The notes beneath the pieces were generated by a model. It was not told the DNA's origin and did no database searches. It was given only the letters and a program-made list of their open reading frames with translations. This document shows, one piece after another, positions 20,180-30,277 of a stretch of 64,000 bases of DNA. Origin of the DNA: a bacterium (lineage in GTDB: Bacteria > Zhuqueibacterota > Zhuqueibacteria > Residuimicrobiales > Krinioviventaceae); NCBI GenBank assembly GCA_963675755.2, contig CAXXMD010000002.1, positions 544,001-608,000 of the forward strand, given 5' to 3'. Position 1 is the stretch's first letter, and every line of letters begins with the position of its first letter. The position numbers and the translations under genes are program-made.

Positions 20180-21703
20180 TTATTTTTTAATAGGAAAGGT
20201 TAATATTATCTCGGTTCCCTGATCTGGTTTGCTATTAACATTAATATTGCCATTATGTTCACAAACAATTTTATAACATATCGATAGTCCAAGTCCTGTA
20301 CCAATACCTGAACTCTTTGTTGTAAAACCAGGTTCAAAAATATGTTCCAGGTCGTCTTTGGAGATACCTCTGCCTGTATCTTTGAACGTTATAATAACAT
20401 TTTTTTGATCTGAATTTGTAGATACTGTGATGGCGCCAGAAGATATAATTGCTTCCTTTGCATTTAACATGATGTTCCAAAAGACTTGATTCAGTTTAGC
20501 AGGGGAGCATAGAATTTTTGGTACCTTGTTGAATTTTGTGATAATTTCTATGTTTTTATCCAGACCGCTTTTCACTAATCGAATTGTATCTTCCAGACCT
20601 TCATGTACATCAAATAATTGTGTTTCTGCTTCATCAAGATTTGCAAAGTTACGCATTGCTTTAACAATTTCTGTAATCCTTCTTGTACCATCTTCGGTCA
20701 CACGATTGGCTTCGCGTAATACTTTAAAGTAATTATCTACACGATTATCATTTTCATTATTGTAATTTTCTTTAATAAGAGATTCCAGTTTATCCGTTGC
20801 ACTTTTAACGGATTGCTGCATACTTTTTACAGCGCCAATGGGATTATTGATTTCGTGAGCAATACCAGCTGCAAGTTGACCCACTGAAGCCATTGTTTTA
20901 GATTCCACCAGTAAGGATTGTGTGTTTTCAAGCTCTGTGGTTCTTTCTTTAACCTTGGTTTCCAGATTTTCATTTAATTCTTCAACCATTCCAAATTGAT
21001 ATCGGAGTATAGCGACATAAAAAATAACTACACCGATGGGAAAAGCGAAAAATACATATATTTGCCAATTAATTCTAAAAAGGGGGAGTATGTAGATTAA
21101 TGAAATTACCGAACCATATATGATTCGAAATGCAATTATATTTAAAAAGAGATATTCTCTAAAAATTTTATCTTTGGTTTTTCTAAAAGCGGTATTGAGT
21201 GAAAATAATATTTTCCCTAAACCTGTAACCAGTATAAACAAAAACAATATAGAGATGGGACCAAATTTTATTTGAAATTTGGTAGCATTGATGCGTTCGA
21301 TATTGTTTATAAATAAATGGGTTTCTTTAAGAATATAAAGTGTAATTGACCATAAGATCAAACCCAATAAAAAGTAAAACCATACAGGTATATTTTTACC
21401 AAATAATTTTACAACTTTGAATTGTCCTTTACCAGTTAATATATTGGAATACATGATAGCAAATATGATGGAAAATATTGCAAACAGGGGGACAATTCTT
21501 AAATGCTCTTCAGAGATTGTCATTTCTTTGCGTGTTGCAAGAAAAGTAAACAAGGTAGCCATACCAAGGAGCAAGCTGAAAATTGAAAGCATTTTCCATT
21601 GTGATCCTCCTTTTCCCGAAAAATATGAAACAATAGAAAGAGAAAAGAGAAACACCATGCTGATAAGTGGAGGGATAGAATATACACTAATTGTTGTTGG
21701 CAT
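20180..21703 (-). CDS. Membrane sensor histidine kinase with a 7TM-type N-terminus
   Basis: About 7 hydrophobic helices; GQLAAGIAHEINNP; FTTKSSGIGTGLGL. Confidence 0.92.
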   Translation of the reverse strand: MPTTISVYSIPPLISMVFLFSLSIVSYFSGKGGSQWKMLSIFSLLLGMATLFTFLATRKEMTISEEHLRIVPLFAIFSIIFAIMYSNILTGKGQFKVVKLFGKNIPVWFYFLLGLILWSITLYILKETHLFINNIERINATKFQIKFGPISILFLFILVTGLGKILFSLNTAFRKTKDKIFREYLFLNIIAFRIIYGSVISLIYILPLFRINWQIYVFFAFPIGVVIFYVAILRYQFGMVEELNENLETKVKERTTELENTQSLLVESKTMASVGQLAAGIAHEINNPIGAVKSMQQSVKSATDKLESLIKENYNNENDNRVDNYFKVLREANRVTEDGTRRITEIVKAMRNFANLDEAETQLFDVHEGLEDTIRLVKSGLDKNIEIITKFNKVPKILCSPAKLNQVFWNIMLNAKEAIISSGAITVSTNSDQKNVIITFKDTGRGISKDDLEHIFEPGFTTKSSGIGTGLGLSICYKIVCEHNGNINVNSKPDQGTEIILTFPIKK

Positions 21704-21729
21704 AATTTACCTTTGATATTAATTTAATA

Positions 21730-22455
21730 TCAATTTTTAATATATTCTTCCGGATTATTTAAAAACTTTTTATATACCTGGTAATAGCTTGTTTCTTTGT
21801 AATTGATTTTACTGGCACCTGGTGTATCAAAAGAATAAATATCAGCTCCTGGGCAAGCAAGTAACAAGGGAGAATGCGATACAATTACCATTTGAACATT
21901 ATCACTTTTAATTATTTTTTGCAACAGTTTAATGAATAATATCTGACTTGAAGGGGAAAGCGCTGTTTCCGGTTCATCAAGAAAATAAATTCCTCTTTTT
22001 TCATATCTGGCGCTGAAATAAGACAAAATAGATTGTCCATGAGATTGAGTCATTAATGATTTGCCACCAAAATAATCCAATACTCCAGAATCCATTGAGC
22101 TCCATTCATCAACAATTTGACTAAAATTATGGAAATGTTGAGATGAAAAAAAGGATCCTTGTACTACACCATTGTTCCAGGGCATGTCAATATATTGATA
22201 AAGCATTTCCTCATAAGGATTATTATCTATCCTTGATCTTTCAATACCTTTCCAGATATATATTCCGGCTCTTTTTGCCATACTTTTTAGAATTGTACTT
22301 TTCCCTGAGCCATTTTCTCCAACAAAAAATGTAACATTAGATTTAAAAGGAACAGTAATCCGTTCTTTGAATAAATTAATGTTAAAAGGATAACAGTCTT
22401 CTTTAGGAAAGTTTGTAGGATCTACTGTAATACTTTTTATATGCATTTTTCTCAT
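21730..22455 (-). CDS. Stand-alone ABC/AAA-type ATPase (COG3910-like)
   Basis: Walker A GENGSGKST, SHGQS signature, FLDEPETALSP Walker B, SHSP. Confidence 0.88.
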   Translation of the reverse strand: MRKMHIKSITVDPTNFPKEDCYPFNINLFKERITVPFKSNVTFFVGENGSGKSTILKSMAKRAGIYIWKGIERSRIDNNPYEEMLYQYIDMPWNNGVVQGSFFSSQHFHNFSQIVDEWSSMDSGVLDYFGGKSLMTQSHGQSILSYFSARYEKRGIYFLDEPETALSPSSQILFIKLLQKIIKSDNVQMVIVSHSPLLLACPGADIYSFDTPGASKINYKETSYYQVYKKFLNNPEEYIKN

Positions 22456-22532
22456 TCTTGAATTATTATAATTTTAACAATATAAGTAAATTTACCCTAA
22501 AATAAAAAAAGTAATTTTATTTTGGAACTTTT

Positions 22533-22576
22533 TACGAAGAGCTTCGTATTAAATATTAACTACGAAATAATTCGTA
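22533..22576. promoter_or_regulatory. Two palindromic operators TACGAA-N4-TTCGTA, probably bound by the adjacent BlaI-family repressor
   Basis: TACGAAgagcTTCGTA (22533-22548) and TACGAAataaTTCGTA (22561-22576), immediately before the repressor RBS. Confidence 0.75.
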
Positions 22577-22593
22577 TTAATTTGGGAGAAATT

Positions 22594-22977
22594 ATGAGTG
22601 AATACAAACCAACAGATTCTGAATTAGAGATTTTAAAATTATTATGGGAAAAAAGTCCACGAACTGTCCGGGAGATTAATGATCTCCTAAATCAGGAAAA
22701 AAAAGTGGGGTATACAACTACATTAAAAATAATGCAGATCATGCATCAAAAAGGTTTTCTTACACGTATAAAGCAGGGTAAAGTCCATTATTATACAGTA
22801 TCTATTGAACAGCAAAAAACACGTCAGGATTTATTGGACAAATTGGTGAAAACTGCATTTGATGGTTCGTCATTTAAATTGGTTATGCAGGCATTGGGTA
22901 GTGGAACCCGTTCTCAAAATGAACTCAATAAAATTCGTCAATACCTTGATCAGCTCGAAGGAGAGAATCATGATTAA
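22594..22977 (+). CDS. BlaI/MecI/CopY family transcriptional repressor
   Basis: PTDSELEILKLLW...TVREI...GYTTTLKIMQIM.QKGFL; start moved to ATG 22594 after GGGAG. Confidence 0.93.
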   Translation: MSEYKPTDSELEILKLLWEKSPRTVREINDLLNQEKKVGYTTTLKIMQIMHQKGFLTRIKQGKVHYYTVSIEQQKTRQDLLDKLVKTAFDGSSFKLVMQALGSGTRSQNELNKIRQYLDQLEGENHD

Positions 22978-24844
22978 CTTGACTATTTTTTCTACACCCA
23001 TTGCTTATGCAATTGGTTGGACCTTAATGAATTCTATTTGGCAAGGTATAATAATTGGATTTTTAGCTGGCGTTTTTATGATATTTATCAAAAATGAACG
23101 TCCTGAAATGAAATATAATATAGCAGTTTCAGCCCTGTTTTTCATGTTTGTTACATCAGTTATAACTTTTTTTATTTCATATCATGATATTCATCGTGCT
23201 TTTCATGCATTATCACATACAAATCATGTTCAAGTTTTGAATACTGGTCACAATCTGGTTTCCAATACACCTGATGTCTTTTCATCTTTATTAATGAATG
23301 TTCAACCCTTTTTGCCATTCATTACATTGGCATGGTTGTTCGGGGTGGTCATTTATCTTATCCTTATAACACAAGATTTGATCACAGTTCATTATCTAAA
23401 ATCACGAAATTTAATAAATGTGAGTCCTGAATTATTTAAGGTATTTCAATCTGTTGCAAAACAAATGAATATCTTGAAGAATTTTAATGTATTTGAATCG
23501 TCAAAAGTACGTGTGCCCATGGTTATTGGTTTTTTGAAACCTGTAATATTGCTCCCTGTTGGTGTATTTACCGGATTCTCATCTAAACAAATTGAATCTA
23601 TTATTGCACATGAACTTGCACATATATTAAGAAATGATTATTTGATGAATATTGTCATTTCTTTTATTAAACCTCTGTTTTTCTATCATCCGGTTTATTG
23701 GTGGTTTGCATCAATAATTGAACAGGAGAGAGAAAAGTGCTGTGACGACAAGGCAATTGCTGTTGTTTCTGATTCTCTTTGTTACGCGCGTTCTCTTGAA
23801 AAATTATATGAATTTAATTTGTCATCTCCTTCAATGGCAATGGCTGCAATGAAAAATAACAATCAAATATTTAAACGGATAAAACGAATTACAAATCCTG
23901 TTGTCATGGAAAGTAACAGGCTTGGTGAGATGTTACTGCTTGCTTTGTTTATAATTGGATTGTGTATATTTTCAGCAAATGCTCAATCAGAAATTGATAA
24001 TAACGTTACAGATAATGTACAAAGTGAGGAAAGTCCGGATTTGGTTTTGCAAAATCAACCGGATGAAATGATTCTAGTAGAGAAAGATGATGATCCAAAT
24101 GATATTATAATGGAGCCGAGTGTTACCAATAACTCTAAATCTGATTCTTTAACCCACAGTAAATATAATTTTCATTCAGATTTTAATGATTCATTGTTGG
24201 ATGATTTTAATATTCAACTATCTAACATTGATGTGAAATTTGATTCAATTAAATTTGACAGCATAATAAATAATTTTCAAGTAAATTTTAATCATTTAAA
24301 ATTTGACAGCTTGATTGAAAATTTAGATGTTAGACTAGAAGATTTGAATATAGACATGGACTCTTTATCATTCATATCTGACAGTCTTTTATTAAATGTA
24401 AAAGTTAAAATGGATTCTTTTAATTTTAATTTTGATATGTCAGATTTAAAAATTGATTCTTTGATGAATAATTTCAAGTTTGACTTTGATTCAATAGATA
24501 CAGTGTCTATTAACAATTCAATACGTGCATTCAGGACAAAAATTAATACAATTGATTTTGATCAATTAAATAAAGATATAAAACTCATGCAGCAGCATTT
24601 AGATTCTGTAATGGTAAATAATAAAGATTATGAGGCACAGTTATCAATTGTTCAGGACCAATTTAACGACCCTGATTTTATGAAGCAAATTGAAAATGCA
24701 ATTGAAAATGATTTGAAAAATGTAAAAATAAACACTCGGGAATTACAGGAGAAAATAAAAAAACTGAATGAAGAAAAAATTAAAGAAATGAACCAGGCAT
24801 TAAAGGAATTAAATCCCCCTATTGAAAACCAAAATAATGACTAA
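22970..24844 (+). CDS. BlaR1-like M56 metallopeptidase sensor with an atypical repetitive extracytoplasmic C-terminus
   Basis: GWTLMNSIWQG, VPMVIGFLKPVILLP, HELAH zinc motif, REKCCD; ATG overlaps the end of blaI; no penicillin-binding domain. Confidence 0.9.
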   Translation: MINLTIFSTPIAYAIGWTLMNSIWQGIIIGFLAGVFMIFIKNERPEMKYNIAVSALFFMFVTSVITFFISYHDIHRAFHALSHTNHVQVLNTGHNLVSNTPDVFSSLLMNVQPFLPFITLAWLFGVVIYLILITQDLITVHYLKSRNLINVSPELFKVFQSVAKQMNILKNFNVFESSKVRVPMVIGFLKPVILLPVGVFTGFSSKQIESIIAHELAHILRNDYLMNIVISFIKPLFFYHPVYWWFASIIEQEREKCCDDKAIAVVSDSLCYARSLEKLYEFNLSSPSMAMAAMKNNNQIFKRIKRITNPVVMESNRLGEMLLLALFIIGLCIFSANAQSEIDNNVTDNVQSEESPDLVLQNQPDEMILVEKDDDPNDIIMEPSVTNNSKSDSLTHSKYNFHSDFNDSLLDDFNIQLSNIDVKFDSIKFDSIINNFQVNFNHLKFDSLIENLDVRLEDLNIDMDSLSFISDSLLLNVKVKMDSFNFNFDMSDLKIDSLMNNFKFDFDSIDTVSINNSIRAFRTKINTIDFDQLNKDIKLMQQHLDSVMVNNKDYEAQLSIVQDQFNDPDFMKQIENAIENDLKNVKINTRELQEKIKKLNEEKIKEMNQALKELNPPIENQNND

Positions 24845-24856
24845 AAATTGTAATAC

Positions 24857-25243
24857 TTATGCGACCGGCTCTTCATCTGTGATTAGTGTTTTATCAAAGT
24901 AGCTCATGGATTCTTCCTGTAAAAGGACCCAAAAAGTATAAACACCCAGTATGGTACCTAAAGGAATATTGAACAGATTGAATGCTGCGAGAATCATAAC
25001 AAGAATACGGGCCCAGTTTTTTCCTTTGTACAATGCGTAACCACCAATGATTCCAGGAATGGAAAAAATAAAAATAATTGTGGATAATGTTGTACCAACA
25101 GCACTTGTAATGAACAGTGCCTGATCATCACCTGATAAAATGCCACCACCTGTAATAATAACAAATACAACGAGTGCAGCTAAAACACCCATAATACTAA
25201 AAGCAATGTACAAAATACTTAATAGATGAATATGTTTTTCCAT
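24857..25243 (-). CDS. Small integral membrane protein
   Basis: 3-4 TM helices; WARIL...FNIPLGTILGVYTFWVL; GGAGG RBS. Confidence 0.8.
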   Translation of the reverse strand: MEKHIHLLSILYIAFSIMGVLAALVVFVIITGGGILSGDDQALFITSAVGTTLSTIIFIFSIPGIIGGYALYKGKNWARILVMILAAFNLFNIPLGTILGVYTFWVLLQEESMSYFDKTLITDEEPVA

Positions 25244-25307
25244 TTAACCCTCCGAAATTAAATTTGATTTAAAATAACAAATTACAATTTGCAATCAAAT
25301 ATAAAAT

Positions 25308-25345
25308 AAAAAAAAATGCCAAATCAAAGCAGATTTGGCATTTTT
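25308..25345 (-). terminator. Intrinsic terminator of metE
   Basis: AAAAATGCCAAATC / GATTTGGCATTTTT hairpin; long A run on + is the T tail on -. Confidence 0.8.
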
Positions 25346-25360
25346 AAAAGTAATATTTAT

Positions 25361-27667
25361 TTATTTCCGAAGTCGCTTAGCTGCTTCTACCATATTTGAA
25401 AGGGCAGGCATAACTTCTTCCCATCTTCGGGTTTTTAATCCACAATCGGGATTAACCCAAATATGTTCTTTGGGAATATAATTTTGTGCTTTAACAAGCA
25501 GGTCTTCCATTTCATCCACATTTGGAATTCTTGGAGAATGGATATCATATACACCCGGACCAATTTCGTTTGGATATTTGAAATCAACAAATGCATCCAG
25601 CAGATCCATTTTGGAGCGTGATGATTCGATTGATATAACATCTGCATCCAAAGCTGCAATGGATTCAATCATATCGTTAAATTCACTGTAACACATGTGC
25701 GTGTGAATTTGTGTTTCATCTTGAACTCCTGAAGCAGAGAGTTTAAAATTGTCTACTGCCCATTCAAGATATTCCGGCCAATCTGATTGTCGCAAAGGCA
25801 ACCCTTCTCGTATAGCAGGTTCATCAATTTGAATAACTTTAATTCCTGCTTTTTCAAGGTCTACAACTTCATCTCTTAAGGCAAGAGCGATTTGTTTAGT
25901 GGTTTCACTTCTAGGCTGATCATCTCTTACAAAACTCCATTGAAGAATTGTAACAGGACCTGTTAACATACCTTTAACTGGTTTGTCAGTCAAAGATTGA
26001 GAATATTCAGTCCACTCAACAGTCATAGGTGCCGGTCTGGATACATCACCAAAGATAATGGGGGGCTTGACATAGCGACTGCCAAAGCTTTGTACCCATC
26101 CGAATTGTGAAAATACAAATCCATCCAGTTGTTCACCAAAATATTCAACCATATCATTACGTTCAAATTCACCATGGACCAGTACATCAATATCCAGGTC
26201 TTCTTGTTTCTTTATGGTGTCTTGAATTTCAGTTTTAATAAATTCATCATATTCTTTTTGGGTAATTTCATTTTTGCGAAGTTGCGCTCGCATTTTTCTG
26301 ATTTCCGGAGTTTGCGGAAATGATCCAATAGTGGTTGTTGGAAATGCTGGCAAGTTTAAGCTGGATTGCTGTATCTGACGACGTTTCTCGAATTCAGAAG
26401 AGCGTTCAAGATCCGCTTTGGATACTTTAGCGCAGCGTTCCTTTACTGCTTTGTTGTGAATACGCGTACTGCTGTTTCTAGAGTCGTTAGCAGCTTTGTT
26501 CAATTTCAATTTTTCCTGAACATTTTCTCCGGATGTTGCTTTTGCGAGTGTTACAATTTCATCAAGTTTTTCAGTGGCAAAAGACATCCAGTTTAATAAT
26601 TCTGCATCTAACTTGCTTTCATTAGCAATAGTAACAGGAGAATGAATCATGGAGCAGGAGGGAGCAACCATTATATTATCAACTCCCAAAGCTGATTTTG
26701 CTTTTTCCAGAACAGATAAAGAAGTATTGTAATTATTTTTCCAAATGTTTCTACCATTCACAATACCAATGGATAAAATTTTGTTTTCAGGAAATGATTC
26801 AATTACAGTATCAATTTCTTTCTTGCCTCTAACTGCATCTACATGAAGAGCAGAAACAGGTAATGATAAAAATACTGCAAGATTTTCTCTTATTTCACCA
26901 AAATAGTTGGCTACCATTAACTTTAATTTATTGACTGAACCTGCAAGTACTTTATAAGTTTTGGTTAAAGCTTCAAGTTCTTCTTTAGTGAGGTCTAGTG
27001 AAAAAATGGGTTCATCAATTTGTACCCATTCAGCACCCATTTCTTCAAGTTTTTGTAAAATCTGAATATAAACAGGCAACATTTTATCTAACAGAGAATA
27101 TCTATTAAAAGTAGCAGCATCATCACCAAATACTTTTCCCATCTTTAAATAAGTAACAGGTCCTACAAGAACGGGTTTGGTTTTAATTCCTTCAGATAAG
27201 GCTTCCTGAAATTCATCGAAAATTTTTGTAGAAGCAAGTTTAAAATCCATATTGGATGTTAATTCAGGAACAATATAGTGGTAATTGGTATCAAACCATT
27301 TTGTCATTTCACTGGCATATGTTGCTTTGTCATTGCTTGTCCCAATTTTTGATAATCCTCTGGCAATGGTAAACATAAGATCAAGATCAATATTGTTTTG
27401 GTCCCAATTAAAGCGGGAAGGGATTGCACCCAAAGTGCATGTCATATCCAATACCTGATCATAAAAACTAAAATCATTTGATGGGATGAGGTTAATGCCT
27501 GCTTTTTTTTGTGTATTCCAGTTTAATTTTCTTAATGAAGAAGCGGTTTCTAATAATTCATTTGAATCAATTTTATTAGACCAATATGCTTCAGTGGCTT
27601 TTTTGAGTTCGCGTTTTGCACCTATTCTTGGGAAGCCAAGATTATTGGTCAATACAGAATTAGACAT
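25361..27667 (-). CDS. metE: Cobalamin-independent methionine synthase
   Basis: NLGFPRIG, EMTKWFDTNYHY, HTHMCYSEF, WVNPDCGLKTR; start moved to MSNSVL at 27667. Confidence 0.97.
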   Translation of the reverse strand: MSNSVLTNNLGFPRIGAKRELKKATEAYWSNKIDSNELLETASSLRKLNWNTQKKAGINLIPSNDFSFYDQVLDMTCTLGAIPSRFNWDQNNIDLDLMFTIARGLSKIGTSNDKATYASEMTKWFDTNYHYIVPELTSNMDFKLASTKIFDEFQEALSEGIKTKPVLVGPVTYLKMGKVFGDDAATFNRYSLLDKMLPVYIQILQKLEEMGAEWVQIDEPIFSLDLTKEELEALTKTYKVLAGSVNKLKLMVANYFGEIRENLAVFLSLPVSALHVDAVRGKKEIDTVIESFPENKILSIGIVNGRNIWKNNYNTSLSVLEKAKSALGVDNIMVAPSCSMIHSPVTIANESKLDAELLNWMSFATEKLDEIVTLAKATSGENVQEKLKLNKAANDSRNSSTRIHNKAVKERCAKVSKADLERSSEFEKRRQIQQSSLNLPAFPTTTIGSFPQTPEIRKMRAQLRKNEITQKEYDEFIKTEIQDTIKKQEDLDIDVLVHGEFERNDMVEYFGEQLDGFVFSQFGWVQSFGSRYVKPPIIFGDVSRPAPMTVEWTEYSQSLTDKPVKGMLTGPVTILQWSFVRDDQPRSETTKQIALALRDEVVDLEKAGIKVIQIDEPAIREGLPLRQSDWPEYLEWAVDNFKLSASGVQDETQIHTHMCYSEFNDMIESIAALDADVISIESSRSKMDLLDAFVDFKYPNEIGPGVYDIHSPRIPNVDEMEDLLVKAQNYIPKEHIWVNPDCGLKTRRWEEVMPALSNMVEAAKRLRK

Positions 27668-27749
27668 GTTGGCCCTTTCATATTTGAGCATAGTAGTTAA
27701 ATTGTTTACACAAATAACTAAAAAACAGTTGTGAATATTTCACAATAAT

Positions 27750-28319
27750 TTATTTTTTCTTTAAAATTGCACGCCAACCGGTGCGGGGGACGTTTGAAGG
27801 ATTGTACACTTTACTAATAGATCCAGCATGTTCTATTACGTAAAATGCTTCAGGAGTATGTTTTTCTATAATCGGGATGATTCTTTTTAAATTTTTACGT
27901 TCACACGCAATAAACAATATAAGCACATTTCCTTTTGCACCTTCGCCGTCAACGGTTGTAACCGGAAAACCTTCTTGGCGGATTTCAGACGCTAAAAGCT
28001 CACCATGCTGTGAGGTTATAATACGCATAACAATTTGACCCATAGCAAGTCTTTTTTCAATCAATATACCTACTACATTACCTGTTGAAAATCCAAATGC
28101 ATAAAACAGCGCAATGATTGGATAATTCATTACCTTATCCAGTACTGTAGAAAGAACAAGTAACCACATACTGATTTCAAAAAAACCTAATACAAAAGCT
28201 ATCTTGGTTTTGCCCCTGATTATTGATATCGTTCTTAGAGTACCAATACTAACATCTATGATTCGAGCACAAAAAACAAGAATACCTGTTAATAATATGC
28301 TCAAGTTTATAAATTCCAT
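27750..28319 (-). CDS. UPF0316/DUF2179-type membrane protein
   Basis: ARIIDVSIGTLR, GFFE, YAFGFSTGNVVG; C-terminal PII-like segment GFPVT.VDGEG. Confidence 0.85.
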   Translation of the reverse strand: MEFINLSILLTGILVFCARIIDVSIGTLRTISIIRGKTKIAFVLGFFEISMWLLVLSTVLDKVMNYPIIALFYAFGFSTGNVVGILIEKRLAMGQIVMRIITSQHGELLASEIRQEGFPVTTVDGEGAKGNVLILFIACERKNLKRIIPIIEKHTPEAFYVIEHAGSISKVYNPSNVPRTGWRAILKKK

Positions 28320-28331
28320 AAAAGATAATCT

Positions 28332-29012
28332 TTAATTCAAAAATTCAAAAATACTGTTAACAAATTGAAGGTTACTGTCAATAATTTTTTCTCTGTTTTT
28401 GTCAGGAGATTGATTGTTTAACTCCATAGCATCATACAAACTTTCTCGAGCAGATTTTAACAAATCCAGTTCAGAATTAATTTTGTCTTTTGTTTCCTGA
28501 ACATACAATACTTTTTCATCCCCATAGGGCATGATTTCAAGGTCTTTCATTCTACTTGCATAATCAGTTCTCTTTTTGAACTCGTTAATTGAATAAAAGC
28601 CAATATTATTATATTGCCAGGATGCAATATCTGGTCTGTTTAATTTTTGAGCAATACTTGCAGCTTTGTTTAAAGATATTAATAAACTATCAAAATCACC
28701 ATTTTCTTTATATTGGGTGATTTCATCACGTGCCTGATTGTATGCAGACCAAAGGTCAGCTTCTGATGTAACCTGAGAGTATTCTACAGGTTTGATCTTG
28801 GGCAGCTTTTCAACAATTTGCTCTGATGATGTTTCAGCTGTATCTGTTTTACTGGTATTATCATCATTTTTTACTGCATTTGAATTATCAGAATTTTCAT
28901 TACTGCTATGATAAGTCTCTGGTTCAATCTCCTGAAATTCACTTTTGTTTTCATTATTTTTCTGACAACTCAGAAATATAAAAACAATTAAAACCACCCC
29001 AATTTTTTTCAT
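28332..29012 (-). CDS. Hypothetical lipoprotein with a helical-repeat-like C-terminus
   Basis: Lipobox FLSC after MKK plus hydrophobic stretch; low-complexity linker; WQYNNIG. Confidence 0.75.
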   Translation of the reverse strand: MKKIGVVLIVFIFLSCQKNNENKSEFQEIEPETYHSSNENSDNSNAVKNDDNTSKTDTAETSSEQIVEKLPKIKPVEYSQVTSEADLWSAYNQARDEITQYKENGDFDSLLISLNKAASIAQKLNRPDIASWQYNNIGFYSINEFKKRTDYASRMKDLEIMPYGDEKVLYVQETKDKINSELDLLKSARESLYDAMELNNQSPDKNREKIIDSNLQFVNSIFEFLN

Positions 29013-29095
29013 GAAAGCCTCTGATTTTTACGATATGTGAATTTGTGTAATAAAATTGACATATTAAAAGAGGCGAGCTATTTTTTTCTGAAAAA

Positions 29096-29521
29096 TTAAA
29101 GATTCGCTTCAGAAATAGCTTTGGCCTTTATTAATGCATCATTATAATTTTCAACAATGTGGATTTTAATTCCCTGTCTTTCTGCCGTATCCATATAATC
29201 CTTCATTGCTTCTTTAGTTATTGCACTTGTAGGGGGGATTACGATCAAATCTTTGGCCCCATAATGTACGGCACGTGTAAAATAAAATGTATCAATCCAT
29301 TCCAGATCATCTGCTCTTATAGTATTCTTGGCTTCGCTTGTATCCATAATAACACATGGAGGTTTAAATTGTTGTAATATTTTAGCCATTGCTCTGTAAC
29401 AAGGTTCTAGATCCTCAATGGCGATCATTGTATACCATTTTGCAATTAAACAGTTAATTTCATCATTATATTCGACATTAACAATATTTTCTTTCGAAGA
29501 ATTATATACAACTTGACTCAT
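29096..29521 (-). CDS. Hypothetical protein, possibly SpoIIAA/STAS-like fold
   Basis: 141-aa ORF with AAGGA RBS; VIMDTS...DLEWI...AVHYGAKDLIVI pattern. Confidence 0.65.
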   Translation of the reverse strand: MSQVVYNSSKENIVNVEYNDEINCLIAKWYTMIAIEDLEPCYRAMAKILQQFKPPCVIMDTSEAKNTIRADDLEWIDTFYFTRAVHYGAKDLIVIPPTSAITKEAMKDYMDTAERQGIKIHIVENYNDALIKAKAISEANL

Positions 29522-29595
29522 TTCCTTACCTTTTCTTAATTAAATACTATATTACTAATTTTCTTTTTCTTTATCAAGTAAAAATATGTAAACAA

Positions 29596-30156
29596 TTATA
29601 ACCCAATTTCTGAGGATACTGTTTGCATTGCTAATATAACATCCTCTATGAGTGTATTAATTTCAATTTCCATCATTGCAGCTCCTTTTTCTATGATTTC
29701 ACGATTTGCACCTGCAGCAAAGGATTTTTGCTTCCATTTCTTTTTAACGGATTTTACCGTAACATCCATAACGCTTTTTGAAGGACGTACCAGAGCAACT
29801 GCCGCTATTAATCCGGTTAATTCATCTACGGTATAAAGTGTTTTTTCCAATTCAGTTTCAGGTTTTACATCGGTGCAAATTTCCCAACCATGAGATAAAA
29901 CTGCTCTAATATATTCTGGCGGCCAGTTATGTTCCTCAAGAATTTCTTTGGATTTTTGACAATGGAGTTCCGGATATTTTTCATAATCCAGATCATGTAC
30001 AAGTCCAATTATACCCCATTTGTCTTCATCTTGATTGAATTTTTTTGCAAAGTATCTCATTGTTGCTTCAACTGCAAGTGCATGATTAATTAGTGCAATG
30101 TTACTATTGTGTTCTTTTAGTAAATTCAAGGCATTTGTACGGTCAGGTATCATCAT
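29596..30156 (-). CDS. HD-domain phosphohydrolase
   Basis: NHALAVEA, GLVHDLD, SHG, DELTG, FAAGANR. Confidence 0.88.
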   Translation of the reverse strand: MMIPDRTNALNLLKEHNSNIALINHALAVEATMRYFAKKFNQDEDKWGIIGLVHDLDYEKYPELHCQKSKEILEEHNWPPEYIRAVLSHGWEICTDVKPETELEKTLYTVDELTGLIAAVALVRPSKSVMDVTVKSVKKKWKQKSFAAGANREIIEKGAAMMEIEINTLIEDVILAMQTVSSEIGL

Positions 30157-30277
30157 TTACTCCGTGTCTTTATTATATAGATGAACAGTAAATAAACAAG
30201 ATTCAAAAATATTGAAATATTGACAGGATTAATTAAGATATATTTTTTTGAAAAGCAATTAAAAATTCAAGAATTGA

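Noticed and set aside
22522-22969. ORF-track upstream starts for blaI (22522) and the M56 gene (22859)
   Set aside because: They run through the operators or the neighbouring gene; RBS-supported starts are at 22594 and 22970
22594-24844. Beta-lactam resistance locus
   Set aside because: The M56 protein has no penicillin-binding sensor domain and there is no beta-lactamase nearby
27668-27749. SAM or cobalamin riboswitch upstream of metE
   Set aside because: The gap is only about 80 bp, AT-rich, and lacks the conserved riboswitch motifs
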